Source: an uncultured delta proteobacterium (lineage in GTDB: Bacteria > Desulfobacterota > Desulfomonilia > UBA1062). From it: a DNA stretch of 64,000 nt. Below are positions 1-11,996 of this stretch, one piece after another (the first letter of the stretch is position 1; each line of letters starts with the position of its first letter). A program made the position numbers and the translations under genes. The notes under the pieces were generated by a model, which saw only the letters and a program-made list of their open reading frames with translations, was not told the DNA's origin and made no database searches. The stretch lies in the NCBI GenBank assembly GCA_963785235.1, contig CAWAUM010000005.1, positions 160,001 through 224,000 of the forward strand, written 5' to 3'.

Positions 1-219
1 CAGTGGTTGTCCATGCGCACGATTACCATGGACTGAGGCGCTTTGAAACAGCATCGGTATGCCTGCTCAATATGCTCAAGCGCAGCAGGTGGCTAACCCT
101 TTCATGGCTGATTCCTGCGATAGTATGTTTGAACAGCAAGGCATCAGCTTTAAGCCATTCTAAAACCACTACCAAGGTTACTCACGCGAAAAGCCGACAA
201 ATGAACTGGGTCAAGGCTT

Positions 220-246
220 TAAGTTAGAAGAATCATTTTCCGATAG
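220..246 (+). promoter_or_regulatory. Candidate sigma28 (FliA-type) promoter
   Basis: TAAG-N15-TCCGATAG upstream of the STAS gene. A second similar site, CAAG-N16-GCCGACAA, lies at 173-200. Confidence 0.45.
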
Positions 247-287
247 TATTTGTATAAAATATCAATTGGATTACTTTTGGGGGGCTT

Positions 288-593
288 ATGGATTTAATAT
301 CAGAGGTAAGTGGAGATACTCATTTTATTAAAGTCATCGGTGCCGTTGACACTATTGCAGCAGAAAGCCTCAGATCCGATCTCAAAAAGATCATTCTTCA
401 AAAACCTCAGAAAGTAGTACTGGACCTTTCTATGGTACCGACTATGGGATCGTCAGGCATAGGGAAGATACTGATGTTCTTTAAAAGCCTTAAGGATCGC
501 AATTCTATTTTTGAAGTTAAAGGAATTCATGAAAATCTTTACTCATTTTTCAAGGTAATAAAGCTGGACAAACTTTTTCCCATTTCTCAATAG
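288..593 (+). CDS. STAS-domain anti-sigma factor antagonist
   Basis: 101 aa; VVLDLSMVPTMGSSGIG matches the STAS D-L-x4-M-D/G-S-S-G phosphoserine motif. Confidence 0.85.
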   Translation: MDLISEVSGDTHFIKVIGAVDTIAAESLRSDLKKIILQKPQKVVLDLSMVPTMGSSGIGKILMFFKSLKDRNSIFEVKGIHENLYSFFKVIKLDKLFPISQ

Positions 594-875
594 GCTGCCC
601 ACAGCAAGAGAAATATATAAATCCGAAGTGTAGCGTTCGCACCAATAACACACTCTAATATGGGGCGCCCTGCAGCATAGGTTTCAAACTAAAATCAGTT
701 TTCTGCCATCCTAAAACAAAGATGGAATCCCGGTTATATGAACTCTGATATGGATTTGATTTACATCTCATGATATAAAGATGAGTGGTTATACAGCTGT
801 GATCCTACATCAAAAAATCACTGATCACATTCAATGAGAATGCTGATGTAATTCGATTTATTTTAAGGAGAAGAA

Positions 876-1415
876 ATGAGTCCCAATATACCACTCCCCA
901 GCATTAAGAGCCTTCCCCAGGAAATCAAAGTACTCGTTGAAGCATTCCCACTCAACGTTTTCTTAATGACAGCGAATGCGCCTTCAAGCTTTAAAGGGTT
1001 AGGTGAATTAGCTCGTTCCATTTTATTTGATAGCGAATTCGAACCACGAAAACGCGAAATTGCTGTGCTCCGAGTTGCCCATGTAACACGCTCAATCTAC
1101 GAGTGGACCCACCATGTTGCTGTTGCAAAGGGTTATGGGCTCACTGATGATGAGATCGTAAAGATAAGAACCGAAGACCCGGTGATATCCCTTGGCGATG
1201 AAGGCAATCTCCTGTGCCGCGTTGCTGATGAAATCAGCAGAGACGTCAAGCTCAGTGATGAGGCCCTCACCCAAATCCTCAGTCATTATGGCGTTCGTGG
1301 TGCGACTGAACTCATCTTATGCGTAAGTTACTTCAATTTTCTCAGCAGATTCCTTGAATCCACTCGAGTAGAACTGGAAGATGAGGGTGTATTTAAAATG
1401 ATTCATAAAACATAG
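876..1415 (+). CDS. Carboxymuconolactone decarboxylase/AhpD-like protein
   Basis: REIAVLRVA..YEWTHH motif; AAGGAG RBS. Confidence 0.8.
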   Translation: MSPNIPLPSIKSLPQEIKVLVEAFPLNVFLMTANAPSSFKGLGELARSILFDSEFEPRKREIAVLRVAHVTRSIYEWTHHVAVAKGYGLTDDEIVKIRTEDPVISLGDEGNLLCRVADEISRDVKLSDEALTQILSHYGVRGATELILCVSYFNFLSRFLESTRVELEDEGVFKMIHKT

Positions 1416-1419
1416 AATA

Positions 1420-2580
1420 TCATTGTGATGTCGTGAAGACCCCGCCGCGTTGCCGGATCAGGTCGATCAACGCCTGTTTCTTGCCAATGACCGCCAGATC
1501 GCCCACGGTGTACCTTTCTCCTCCGGACAGGTAGTGCCGCTTGAGGTCACATCCCGATTCAATGAGGACGCGGGCGATTTCGTCATGGCCTTTTATGATC
1601 GCCCTGAACACAGGGGGATCTTCATCATTCTCTCCATCGGGCAGTGCACCCTTCGAGAGTAACAAATTGACCATTTCAAAATTCCCCGATTGTATCGCTA
1701 TCTCCAGAGGCGTACTGAGTATCATTTTGTTTTTCATGTTTACATTCGCACCGGCTTCAATGAGCAGGCGGGCCAGGTCCGGCCGATTTTTCTCCAGCGC
1801 CAGATGCAGCGGACTCTGATCGTGCTCGGTGAGAGTGTTGATCCCCTTTTTCTTCATGATCAGATCACGGGCCTCATCAAAGCGATTTTGTTCCAAGGCC
1901 TCTATTAATCCGTAACCAAAGCCCAATCGCATCTGTTTGACAAAAGGAATCAGTGCACCAGCCAGCGCGACAATGAGCACCACCGCTATGAAAATTCCTG
2001 TCCCCTTCATGAGAGCTCTGACGGTTATGGGGCCAACCTTGTCAGACAGAATCGAGTTGTACTGATCAGTTGCAAATTTTGACATCTCCATACCGGCCGG
2101 GGTATCCAGGGAAGGAATGACAATGTTTCCTATGAGTAAAGGAATGAACACAAAGCAAAGGCCGAACATAAGGATGCAGAGGTCTCGAAAATACAGAGAG
2201 TAGAACCCTGCCAGACGATGTTCTCCGTATGGCAATGACGAGACGATGATTTCAACCTCCTGTCCGGGCTTGAAATGCGTGATGATGTGATGTTTGGATT
2301 CTCTCACCTGTATTTTCTGACCATCTTTTGCGATAAACTCGAATTCAGGATAACTCATATAAGAAGTGGTGTCTTGAAAATCCACTTCGCCGAATTGGTT
2401 GGTGCTGGAACTCCGCGATACGACCTCCTCGTCATAGTAGCCCTTAAAGATGCCTTTTGTCCGCTCCGGAGTGTTTTTGACAAAAGTATACGTGGATAGC
2501 ATCTCCCAACCTCCGTAAAGAGAGATTAAGATGCCGGCAATAATGAATACAGCCAGGATACATTTAAGAACAGTTGCCAT
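1420..2580 (-). CDS. Membrane protein with DUF3592-like N-terminus and C-terminal ankyrin repeats
   Basis: Three hydrophobic segments; ankyrin motifs SPLHLAL..LLIEAGANVN and TPLEIAI..LLLSKGA; GGAGG RBS. Confidence 0.75.
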   Translation of the reverse strand: MATVLKCILAVFIIAGILISLYGGWEMLSTYTFVKNTPERTKGIFKGYYDEEVVSRSSSTNQFGEVDFQDTTSYMSYPEFEFIAKDGQKIQVRESKHHIITHFKPGQEVEIIVSSLPYGEHRLAGFYSLYFRDLCILMFGLCFVFIPLLIGNIVIPSLDTPAGMEMSKFATDQYNSILSDKVGPITVRALMKGTGIFIAVVLIVALAGALIPFVKQMRLGFGYGLIEALEQNRFDEARDLIMKKKGINTLTEHDQSPLHLALEKNRPDLARLLIEAGANVNMKNKMILSTPLEIAIQSGNFEMVNLLLSKGALPDGENDEDPPVFRAIIKGHDEIARVLIESGCDLKRHYLSGGERYTVGDLAVIGKKQALIDLIRQRGGVFTTSQ

Positions 2581-2906
2581 GAATATTTACCTCCACGTTC
2601 AACCGGTCAATTTATGTCCGAACTTTGTTCCAATGAAGCATGTTGAAGTGTGGAACTTTATATCATTTTATTTCGTGGTTTAACAGGGTACTGAAGTCAA
2701 ATCCCCAAACTTCGGTTTTCAGAAGGGATGAAACCGAGATGAACCAGCGATCTGTAATCCAACCTCAGGAGAAGATGACCGGGGTTTTTATGAAAGGCAG
2801 GGTCTGTCAACGCTTTTTAGAAATGTCCCCATCATGTGATTCATGGTAGAGACCTAGCCCTATCTTAGGTACATTCAAACTTAGAATCTGTGTTTACTGA
2901 CGGGTT

Positions 2907-4304
2907 CTAAGAACAGCAGATTTTCTTCCCACGCTTGCGGAAGTGCTCTTTTGCAGCAGATAAAAAAGCGACACAGCGGGCCATCTCATCGAAGACCGGG
3001 ATGCCCATGTCTTCAAGCCCGGACCTGCAGTTTTTCATGCGCTCGCCTATGCCTGTAAGCCATGCAACAACAGGCTTCCCGAGTTCATCCTTCAGCCTGG
3101 CCAGATTCTTGAACATGGAGCTTTCCACCATGCCGGTGAAGATGTGAATAATGACAGAGTCCACCAGGTCATCATGCATGATTGCCTCGGAAACCGAGGT
3201 GTAAACCTTTTCTATGCCGCTGTATTCGATGGCCGGCCATATGTCTGCCGGGTTTGACGGGTCCATCCAGGGGGGATAGACTTCTTTAAGGGCAGTAAGG
3301 GTTCCTGGGCTCAGTTCTGCAAGGCTTAACCCAGACTCATAGATCATATCGGAGGTGACTATGCCTCCGCCGCCTGAAAAGGTTACTACGGCAGTACCGG
3401 CATGGTCGTAGACCCTGCAATGTCTGGTCTTTGAGAAGCCCCTGAGAAAATCCATGAGCTCAGTCACATCCGTTACCTCTGTGATGCCCGATTGTCTCAT
3501 GGCCGAGCGGAGAATCGTGTGGTCGCCTGCCATGCTTGCCGTATGGCTCATGGCCGCCTTTGCACCGCCGGGGCTGCGACCGCCCTTGAGCAGCACAATG
3601 GGTTTGTCAGTTCCGGATGCGAGTTTGATGAATCTTCTGGGATCGGCGATGGACTCTGCATAGAGCCCGATAACATCAGTGGTTGCGTCATTGATGAAGT
3701 ACTCTAAAAGTTCTGTCTCGCTCACATCGCACTTGTTGCCGATGGAGCACATCTTGTTGATGGCGAGCCCTCCACGTTCAAGGATCATCATAAGAAATCC
3801 TGCCGAGAGCATGCCACTCTGGACGGTCATGGAGACATCGCCGGGCTTGAGGAGCGTCTTCCAAATGTCTGTGTACATGAATGATAAGACATGGCCCGTA
3901 TGGGAATCAAGCAGCCCCATGCAGTTGGGTCCCCAGAGCCTTATGCCATGCATTTTCGCAAGGGCGACACACTCTTCCTGCATCTTCCTTCCCTCAGGCC
4001 CCGCCTCGGCAAAGCCTGCTGACTCGATGATGATGCCCTTTACCTTCTTTTTTGCGCATTCCTCGATGGTCTTTATAAGAGCGGGGGCCGGGATGAAGAA
4101 AATGGCCAGGTCGAAGTGGGCAGGGATTGATGATACATCAGGAAAGCAGTGCCTTCCAAGGAGAGATTCATAGCGCGGGTTGACCGGGTAAACATCCCCC
4201 TTATAGCTTTGCAGCGTATTGTTGAGGAGGTGAAACCCGCCCTTAGCCTTGTTGTCGCTGGCACCGATGACTGCAATGCCCTTGGGTTTGAAAAAAAAAT
4301 CCAT
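2907..4304 (-). CDS. ADP-forming acyl-CoA synthetase alpha-like subunit (CoA-binding)
   Basis: IAVIGAS, YPVNP, GPNCMG, QSG and SHTAS (phospho-His) motifs; no ATP-grasp domain. Start placed at MDFFFKP. Confidence 0.85.
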   Translation of the reverse strand: MDFFFKPKGIAVIGASDNKAKGGFHLLNNTLQSYKGDVYPVNPRYESLLGRHCFPDVSSIPAHFDLAIFFIPAPALIKTIEECAKKKVKGIIIESAGFAEAGPEGRKMQEECVALAKMHGIRLWGPNCMGLLDSHTGHVLSFMYTDIWKTLLKPGDVSMTVQSGMLSAGFLMMILERGGLAINKMCSIGNKCDVSETELLEYFINDATTDVIGLYAESIADPRRFIKLASGTDKPIVLLKGGRSPGGAKAAMSHTASMAGDHTILRSAMRQSGITEVTDVTELMDFLRGFSKTRHCRVYDHAGTAVVTFSGGGGIVTSDMIYESGLSLAELSPGTLTALKEVYPPWMDPSNPADIWPAIEYSGIEKVYTSVSEAIMHDDLVDSVIIHIFTGMVESSMFKNLARLKDELGKPVVAWLTGIGERMKNCRSGLEDMGIPVFDEMARCVAFLSAAKEHFRKRGKKICCS

Positions 4305-4495
4305 AGATGCTTTAACCCTTTTTATGCATGCGGATAACCATTGCATAGAGGATTTAACACCCCTTGTCAATTATGGCCCGAAGACCAAACTATGGTGAAG
4401 AGGCATAAGGCGTCAATGGCATAACATGGCCACGTTCATTTCCATTAGATTTCGCAATATGATGATATCATGATGCCTTATCCAGTTATCAAAGG

Positions 4496-4511
4496 TGGCA
4501 TGGCATTCGCA
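4496..4511 (+). promoter_or_regulatory. Candidate sigma54 -24/-12 promoter
   Basis: TGGCATGGCATTCGCA (GG-N10-GC), about 40 nt upstream of ORF 4548. Confidence 0.55.
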
Positions 4512-4547
4512 AATACCTTTATAAAAACCAATATGGGATTCTATTAG

Positions 4548-4844
4548 ATGGGATCTGACAGCACAGGCATGAACTTATGCGGCATCTGCAATGAAAGGCA
4601 GGCCATCACAGAGTGCGATGGCTGCCTGAGGCCTTTATGCAAGAAATGCCGGGATATTGAAATATGGCGTACTGCACATGAGGAGATCATCATCAAGTCC
4701 TTCTGCCGCGAGTGCAGGGATAATGATCAGGTGAACCCGCATGGCCGGGAAGTCAAAGTGTTCGGCCTTGGCCAGGTAACGGATATGGTCAACCAGGAAC
4801 AGCATAAGATGCATAAGTTCAAGATCAGGCTGAAGATCAGATAG
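4548..4844 (+). CDS. Small Cys-rich (4x CxxC) putative zinc-binding protein, B-box-like
   Basis: CGIC-x8-CDGC-x4-CKKC-x18-CREC. Confidence 0.7.
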   Translation: MGSDSTGMNLCGICNERQAITECDGCLRPLCKKCRDIEIWRTAHEEIIIKSFCRECRDNDQVNPHGREVKVFGLGQVTDMVNQEQHKMHKFKIRLKIR

Positions 4845-4850
4845 GAAAGA

Positions 4851-4872
4851 AAAACCATAAGGTTATGGTTTT
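4851..4872. promoter_or_regulatory. Palindrome, candidate enhancer-binding-protein site (UAS)
   Basis: AAAACCATAA-GG-TTATGGTTTT perfect inverted repeat about 105-125 bp upstream of a sigma54 site. Confidence 0.5.
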
Positions 4873-4947
4873 CTGACCATAAATAATAAATGACTTATTG
4901 GGTGCAGCCACCAGACGGATGGAAATCATAATAACAGAATAAAGTAT

Positions 4948-4960
4948 AATCAGCATGTTA
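4948..4960 (+). promoter_or_regulatory. Candidate IHF site
   Basis: AATCAGCATGTTA is an exact match to WATCARNNNNTTR with an A-rich 5' flank, and lies between the palindrome and the sigma54 site. Confidence 0.5.
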
Positions 4961-4975
4961 CAAATAAAAAGCCCA

Positions 4976-4991
4976 TGGCATGCATTTAGCA
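4976..4991 (+). promoter_or_regulatory. Candidate sigma54 -24/-12 promoter
   Basis: TGGCATGCATTTAGCA (GG-N10-GC). Confidence 0.6.
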
Positions 4992-5001
4992 ATATATAAT
5001 G

Positions 5002-5162
5002 AAGAAAGACAGCAATGATAACGGGAGCCAGAAAAAACTGAGGAAAGAATAGGAAAGTCAATACTCAAAAAAACAAAGTAACTGAAACCTCCTTTTAATG
5101 CCAGAAGATGGGACACTCCATTCCGCAACCGTCCCTACCTAATTCTTCTGGCATATTTTTTT
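5002..5162 (+). ncRNA. Candidate sigma54-dependent small RNA (~160 nt)
   Basis: Lies between the sigma54 site and a terminator-like hairpin with a U-tract. No credible + strand ORF. A-rich body with GGA motifs and CCTCCTTT. Confidence 0.5.
5098..5162 (+). terminator. Hairpin plus U-tract (intrinsic terminator-like)
   Basis: ATGCCAGAAGA/TCTTCTGGCAT 11-bp stem enclosing GGGAC/GTCCC, followed by ATTTTTTT. Confidence 0.6.
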
Positions 5163-5375
5163 GTCTTAATATGTTTAAGGCATAAATGTACAATTAATAA
5201 GGTTAAAGGGGTAATGACATCTACCAAACCTAGAGACCATACACTTGAGCCTCATAACCTATCCTTAAGCCCTGCACCTTAAACATAAACTTTTAAGGCC
5301 TTTTTCCTTGACAACACCCGGTACATTCATTAATAGCTCTTCATTCTTTGAACGACCATGTTTTCGAGGTGCGTC

Positions 5376-5687
5376 ATGTATGCGGTTATAAGGACAGGCG
5401 GCAAGCAGTACAAGGTAGAAGAAGGCGATACTCTGCGAGTAGAGAAGCTGGAAGCAGCCAAGGGTGATACGGTAACCTTCGGCGATGTCCTGCTCATAGG
5501 CGGAGAAGACTACACAATCGGATCACCCACAGTCAAGGGTGCCCAGGTCAGCGCTTCTGTAGTGCGGCAATTCAAGGACAAGAAGATCATCGTGTTCAAG
5601 ATGAAGCGCAGGAAGAGATACCGCAAGACACAGGGACACAGGCAAAACCTGACTGAAGTCCGTATCACCAAGATAGCGAAAGAATAG
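5376..5687 (+). CDS. rplU: 50S ribosomal protein L21
   Basis: [14 protein letters not shown]...GHRQ. Confidence 0.98.
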   Translation: MYAVIRTGGKQYKVEEGDTLRVEKLEAAKGDTVTFGDVLLIGGEDYTIGSPTVKGAQVSASVVRQFKDKKIIVFKMKRRKRYRKTQGHRQNLTEVRITKIAKE

Positions 5688-5702
5688 GAGGCGAGTCGAG
5701 CC

Positions 5703-8097
<2,395 letters not shown>

Positions 8098-8098
<1 letters not shown>

Positions 8099-9351
8099 TG
8101 TCGAGTCAGGAGATTAAGGATATCGCTGTCAATGCCAAGAGGGCTTCCCGTGTTCTTGCCGGATTATCCAGCATGAAGAAGACCGAGGTCCTCAAACACA
8201 TGGCAGGCTCATTGAGACAGAAGGCCGGCTTCCTCAAAAAAGAGAATGCAAAGGATCTGGAGCAGGCTGCAAAAACAGGCCTGAGCGGCGCCATGACGGA
8301 CAGGCTCACATTAAGCGACAATGTCATTGAAGGCATGGCCCGGGCACTTGATGACATAGCAGACCAGGCCGACCCGGTAGGCAAGATTACGGACATGATC
8401 AGAAGACCCAATGGACTTATGGTGGGCAGGATGCGCATCCCCATCGGAGTGGTGGCGATTATTTACGAGTCGAGGCCAAATGTCACGTCTGATGCAGCAG
8501 GGCTGTGCCTGAAGTCGGGAAACGCCGTTATCCTGAGAGGCGGCTCAGAGGCCATTCACTCAAATATGGCAATCATAGAGGTCTTGAAAGATTCTTTGAC
8601 ACATTCCGGCATCGATCCGGATGTGATCGGTTTCATCCCGGTTACTGACCGGCAGGCAATTCTGGACATGCTCAAGCTGGAAGATTTCATCGACCTTGTC
8701 ATCCCCAGAGGAGGGGAGGGCCTTATAAGAACGGTTTCACAGAATTCACTCATCCCCGTGCTCAAGCATTATAAGGGTGTGTGCCATATCTTCGTGGACA
8801 GGCAGGCTGACCTTGAAAAGGCCTATTCCATCTGCCTCAATGCAAAGGTCCAGCGTCCAGGAGTATGCAATGCCATGGAAACGCTGCTCATCGATGGGCC
8901 TATTGCGGGTATATTTCTGACCAAGATGGCCCAGATCTATACGCTCCATGGCGTTGAACTCAGGGGTTGCCCAAGATGCCAGGCGTTCTTCCCGGAAATG
9001 AAGGCAGCTACAGAGGATGACTGGTATGCAGAATTTCTTGACCTGATCCTTGCCGTGAAGATCGTAGAAGACCTCAACGAGGCCATTGACCACATCGAGA
9101 AATACAGCTCAAACCATACCGAGGCCATCATAACGGAAAATTATTCAAGGGCCATGGAATTCATAAACCAGGTAGACTCATCAACGGTCCTGGTGAATGC
9201 AAGTACACGTTTTTCCGACGGTGGCGAGTTCGGCCTGGGTGCGGAGGTGGGCATCAGCACCTCAAAGGTTCATGCATATGGGCCCATGGGGATAGAAGAC
9301 CTCACAATCCGGAAGTTCGTCTGTTTCGGGGACGGTCAGATCAGGCAATGA
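8098..9351 (+). CDS. proA: Gamma-glutamyl phosphate reductase
   Basis: IYESRPNVT, VCNAMETLL, NASTRFSDG. Confidence 0.97.
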
Positions 9352-9990
9352 GGCTGGGAATCTTCGGCGGAACCTTCAATCCGATCCACATGGGGCACCT
9401 GCGTGTTGCGGAAGAGGTAAGGGAGGCGCTTAGGCTGGAAAAGATCATCTTCGTACCTTCCTATCTCCCGCCGCATAAAGAACTCTCCCATAATGTAACA
9501 GGGGCAAGGCGGCTCGAGATAGTAAAGATGGCGCTGAAGTCGAATCCTTTTTTCGAGATATCGTCCTTCGAGGTGGACAGTCAGGGAAACTCATATTCCA
9601 TTAAAACCATCGAGCATATCCGGGGATTGTACGATTGCACTCCCTATTTCATCCTCGGCCGGGATGCATTCAATGAGATATCCAGCTGGTATCAGTCACA
9701 GATGCTCTTCGACCTCGCCCACTTTGTGGTCATGTCACGTCCCGGTGCGCCTGTTTGCCCGCTGATTGAAGTGCTGGGTGAAGAAGCAAAGATCTTCCAG
9801 GTCAACCCCAAGGGGGTTTATCAATGAGCTTGGTAATGAGATTATATTTGTAGAAGTAACGTCCTATGCGGTATCATCTTCCCGGATCCGCGAACTATGT
9901 AAAAAAGGGAGATCCATAAGATATCTCGTACCTGAGGAGGTGCATGATTATATCAGACAAGAAAAAATCTACAGCGAGGATCAAGCCTGA
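9348..9990 (+). CDS. nadD: Nicotinate-nucleotide adenylyltransferase, split by an apparent +1 frameshift at ~9797
   Basis: GGTFNPIHMGH in the first frame; SSSRIR...YLVPEEVHDYI in the second. Removing one C at 9797-9798 joins them. Confidence 0.9.
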
Positions 9991-10297
9991 TTGGAGTGCC
10001 TATGTTGCGGCATTGGAAGACAAAAAGGCAACTGACATCGCCGTGCTGGATGTGCAAGGGGTTTGCTCCTTCACGGATCACATCATCATCTGCACCGGCA
10101 TGTCCGACAGGCAGATCAAGGCCATGGCTGATCATATCATCGGCACCTTCGGAAAGCCCTTGGGTAAAGAGGGCATAGAGCAGGGGCGGTGGGTGCTCCT
10201 GGATTATTTTGATGTAGTCATACACATCTTCCAGGACGAATTACGGCACTACTATGATATGGAAAGCATGTGGTACGAGGCCAAAAGGATTCGTTAG
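9944..10297 (+). CDS. rsfS: Ribosome silencing factor
   Basis: DKKATDI..WVLLDYFDVVIHIF..RHYYDMESMW. Start uncertain. Confidence 0.93.
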   Translation: MIISDKKKSTARIKPDWSAYVAALEDKKATDIAVLDVQGVCSFTDHIIICTGMSDRQIKAMADHIIGTFGKPLGKEGIEQGRWVLLDYFDVVIHIFQDELRHYYDMESMWYEAKRIR

Positions 10298-10708
10298 GTG
10301 AAGATCGTCTTTAGCTTTTCGAATAAAACCCATCAGGGGCCCATCAAAGAATTAGTGGATGAATATGCCAAGAGATTACAGAAGTATGCGCCCCTCGAAA
10401 TCATCGAATCAAAGGAACTTCATCCGCAATCCAGGGAAGGCAAACATATTGTTCTCGTGCCGAATGGAAGCACTCTGAGCTCTGAAGGTCTGGCTAAGCT
10501 TCTTGAACGATACCAGATTTCAGGGACCAAACATCTTTTCTTCTATGTGGGAGGCCCTGAAGGGCTTCCGAAAAGTGTGCTGGACAATGCCGACATGTCG
10601 TTGTCCCTTTCAAGTATGGTATTCAATCACCAGATCGTGCGAATAATGCTTTTGGAACAAGTCTACCGGGCCTTCACGATTATACGCGGCGAGCCCTATC
10701 ATAAATAG
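10298..10708 (+). CDS. rlmH: 23S rRNA pseudouridine-1915 N3-methyltransferase
   Basis: VGGPEG, LSLS..HQIVRIMLLEQVYRA..PYHK. Confidence 0.93.
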   Translation: MKIVFSFSNKTHQGPIKELVDEYAKRLQKYAPLEIIESKELHPQSREGKHIVLVPNGSTLSSEGLAKLLERYQISGTKHLFFYVGGPEGLPKSVLDNADMSLSLSSMVFNHQIVRIMLLEQVYRAFTIIRGEPYHK

Positions 10709-10867
10709 GTTACATAAGAAGCATAGAGAATTGCTGATGTGTGTTAATTGTGATCCCTGTTGGTGTTTTTGACCGTTGCTCTTTTGCAGAGAATCAATGT
10801 ATTATAAGAAGAAAAAGACGGGTTTGGAAGAAGCGCACGTCTAGTATACTTGGGAATTGGAGGAGTC

Positions 10868-11356
10868 ATGCTTTATTTGAAGATTATGGATGTTCTGAAA
10901 ACCGATGCCGAGCAACTGTCCAAAAGGGTTGTAAAAGATTTATTGAACAGAGGCGAGACGGATTACCATAAGAGGTATTCTGAAGATATTATGTATGAGC
11001 GGGTATATGATGTGTATAGCACATTGAGCTACTGGCTTGACAGGGCCCGTCCTAAAGAGGAGATACAGAAGCACTTCAAGGAGATTGGGAAAAGGCGCTT
11101 TGAAGACGGCATCCCGCTGCATGAGGTAATCATGTTCTTGATGCTCATTAAAAGACATCTCTGGCTGTATCTGCTTGAGAAGCACTTCTTTGAATCTTCT
11201 TATGAGCTTATGAAGAGTCTTGAGATAAACAACCGTATCGTGCTTTTCTTTGACCGGGCCATTCTTGCATCGAGCATCGGGTATGAGGAAGAGCTTGTCA
11301 AATATGTGAAGTCGGGTTCCGAGAGCCTGCTGAGCAAGTTCTTCAAGAAGAAGTAA
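10868..11356 (+). CDS. All-helical protein, RsbRD-N/non-haem globin-like; paralogue 1
   Basis: GGAGGAG RBS; shares YERVYDVYS, G..RF..GI.L, IKRHLWLY and FFDRAI..GYEEE with the downstream ORF. Confidence 0.65.
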   Translation: MLYLKIMDVLKTDAEQLSKRVVKDLLNRGETDYHKRYSEDIMYERVYDVYSTLSYWLDRARPKEEIQKHFKEIGKRRFEDGIPLHEVIMFLMLIKRHLWLYLLEKHFFESSYELMKSLEINNRIVLFFDRAILASSIGYEEELVKYVKSGSESLLSKFFKKK

Positions 11357-11499
11357 GCCCGGGAGATTTCCCGGAAGGCCATTGGTCAGGCATGGCTGTC
11401 CATTTTGTAAAAAAATGGCTTTGAACTCTTCCTTTGTTCAAAGATTACTATATAATAACTCAATATACAGGTGAAGATCTCAACTATGAGGGAGGCCAT

Positions 11500-11982
11500 A
11501 TGATATCAGAGAAGCTTGTTGAAATGATCAAGGAAAACGCTGACACATTGACCAACCGTCTCTGCAAGGACCTGCTGAGCAGGGAGGAGACCAAGGGCTA
11601 CAGGAAACTGAATAAAGACAGCGTCTATGAACGTGTGTACGATGTATACAGCAGGCTCGATTCCTGGCTCGTGGGGGACAAGGTAAGAGGCGAGATCAAG
11701 GATCATTACATGAAACTGGGGAAACAGCGGTTTCATGAGGGTATCGAACTGAGCGATGTGGTTATGGCGCTTCAGCTCATCAAAAGGCATCTATGGCTCT
11801 ATGTGCAAGAGGTGAATTATTTTGATTCATCGTTTCAGCTCATGCAGGCGCTTGAATTCAACAACCGGGTCGTGTGGTTTTTTGACCGCGCCATTTATTT
11901 TACCTGCGTGGGATATGAAGAAGAAGTGATTAAAACTCAGGGGAAACCCCAAGGCAGTATCATAGCCAGGATGTTTAAATAA
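11500..11982 (+). CDS. All-helical protein, RsbRD-N/non-haem globin-like; paralogue 2
   Basis: GGAGG RBS before ATG 11500; clear paralogue of 10868-11356. Confidence 0.65.
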   Translation: MISEKLVEMIKENADTLTNRLCKDLLSREETKGYRKLNKDSVYERVYDVYSRLDSWLVGDKVRGEIKDHYMKLGKQRFHEGIELSDVVMALQLIKRHLWLYVQEVNYFDSSFQLMQALEFNNRVVWFFDRAIYFTCVGYEEEVIKTQGKPQGSIIARMFK

Positions 11983-11996
11983 AGCTTGCTCTGAAA

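Noticed and set aside
3-227. 74-aa ORF at the window edge
   Set aside because: No recognisable motif and truncated context; it overlaps the candidate promoter region of the STAS gene.
4999-5052. 17-codon + strand ORF MKKDSNDNGSQKKLRKE
   Set aside because: No RBS, and the ATG lies at or just before the predicted sigma54 start site. Leaderless translation cannot be fully excluded.
4837-5061. Hydrophobic 74-aa minus-strand ORF (possible type I toxin)
   Set aside because: TTG start with the AGGAGG about 25 nt away and an in-frame stop between them. The hydrophobicity is explained by the A-rich + strand.
9790-9830. Programmed frameshifting in nadD and the other split genes
   Set aside because: No canonical slippery heptamer or stimulatory structure; all four cases look like one-base duplications.
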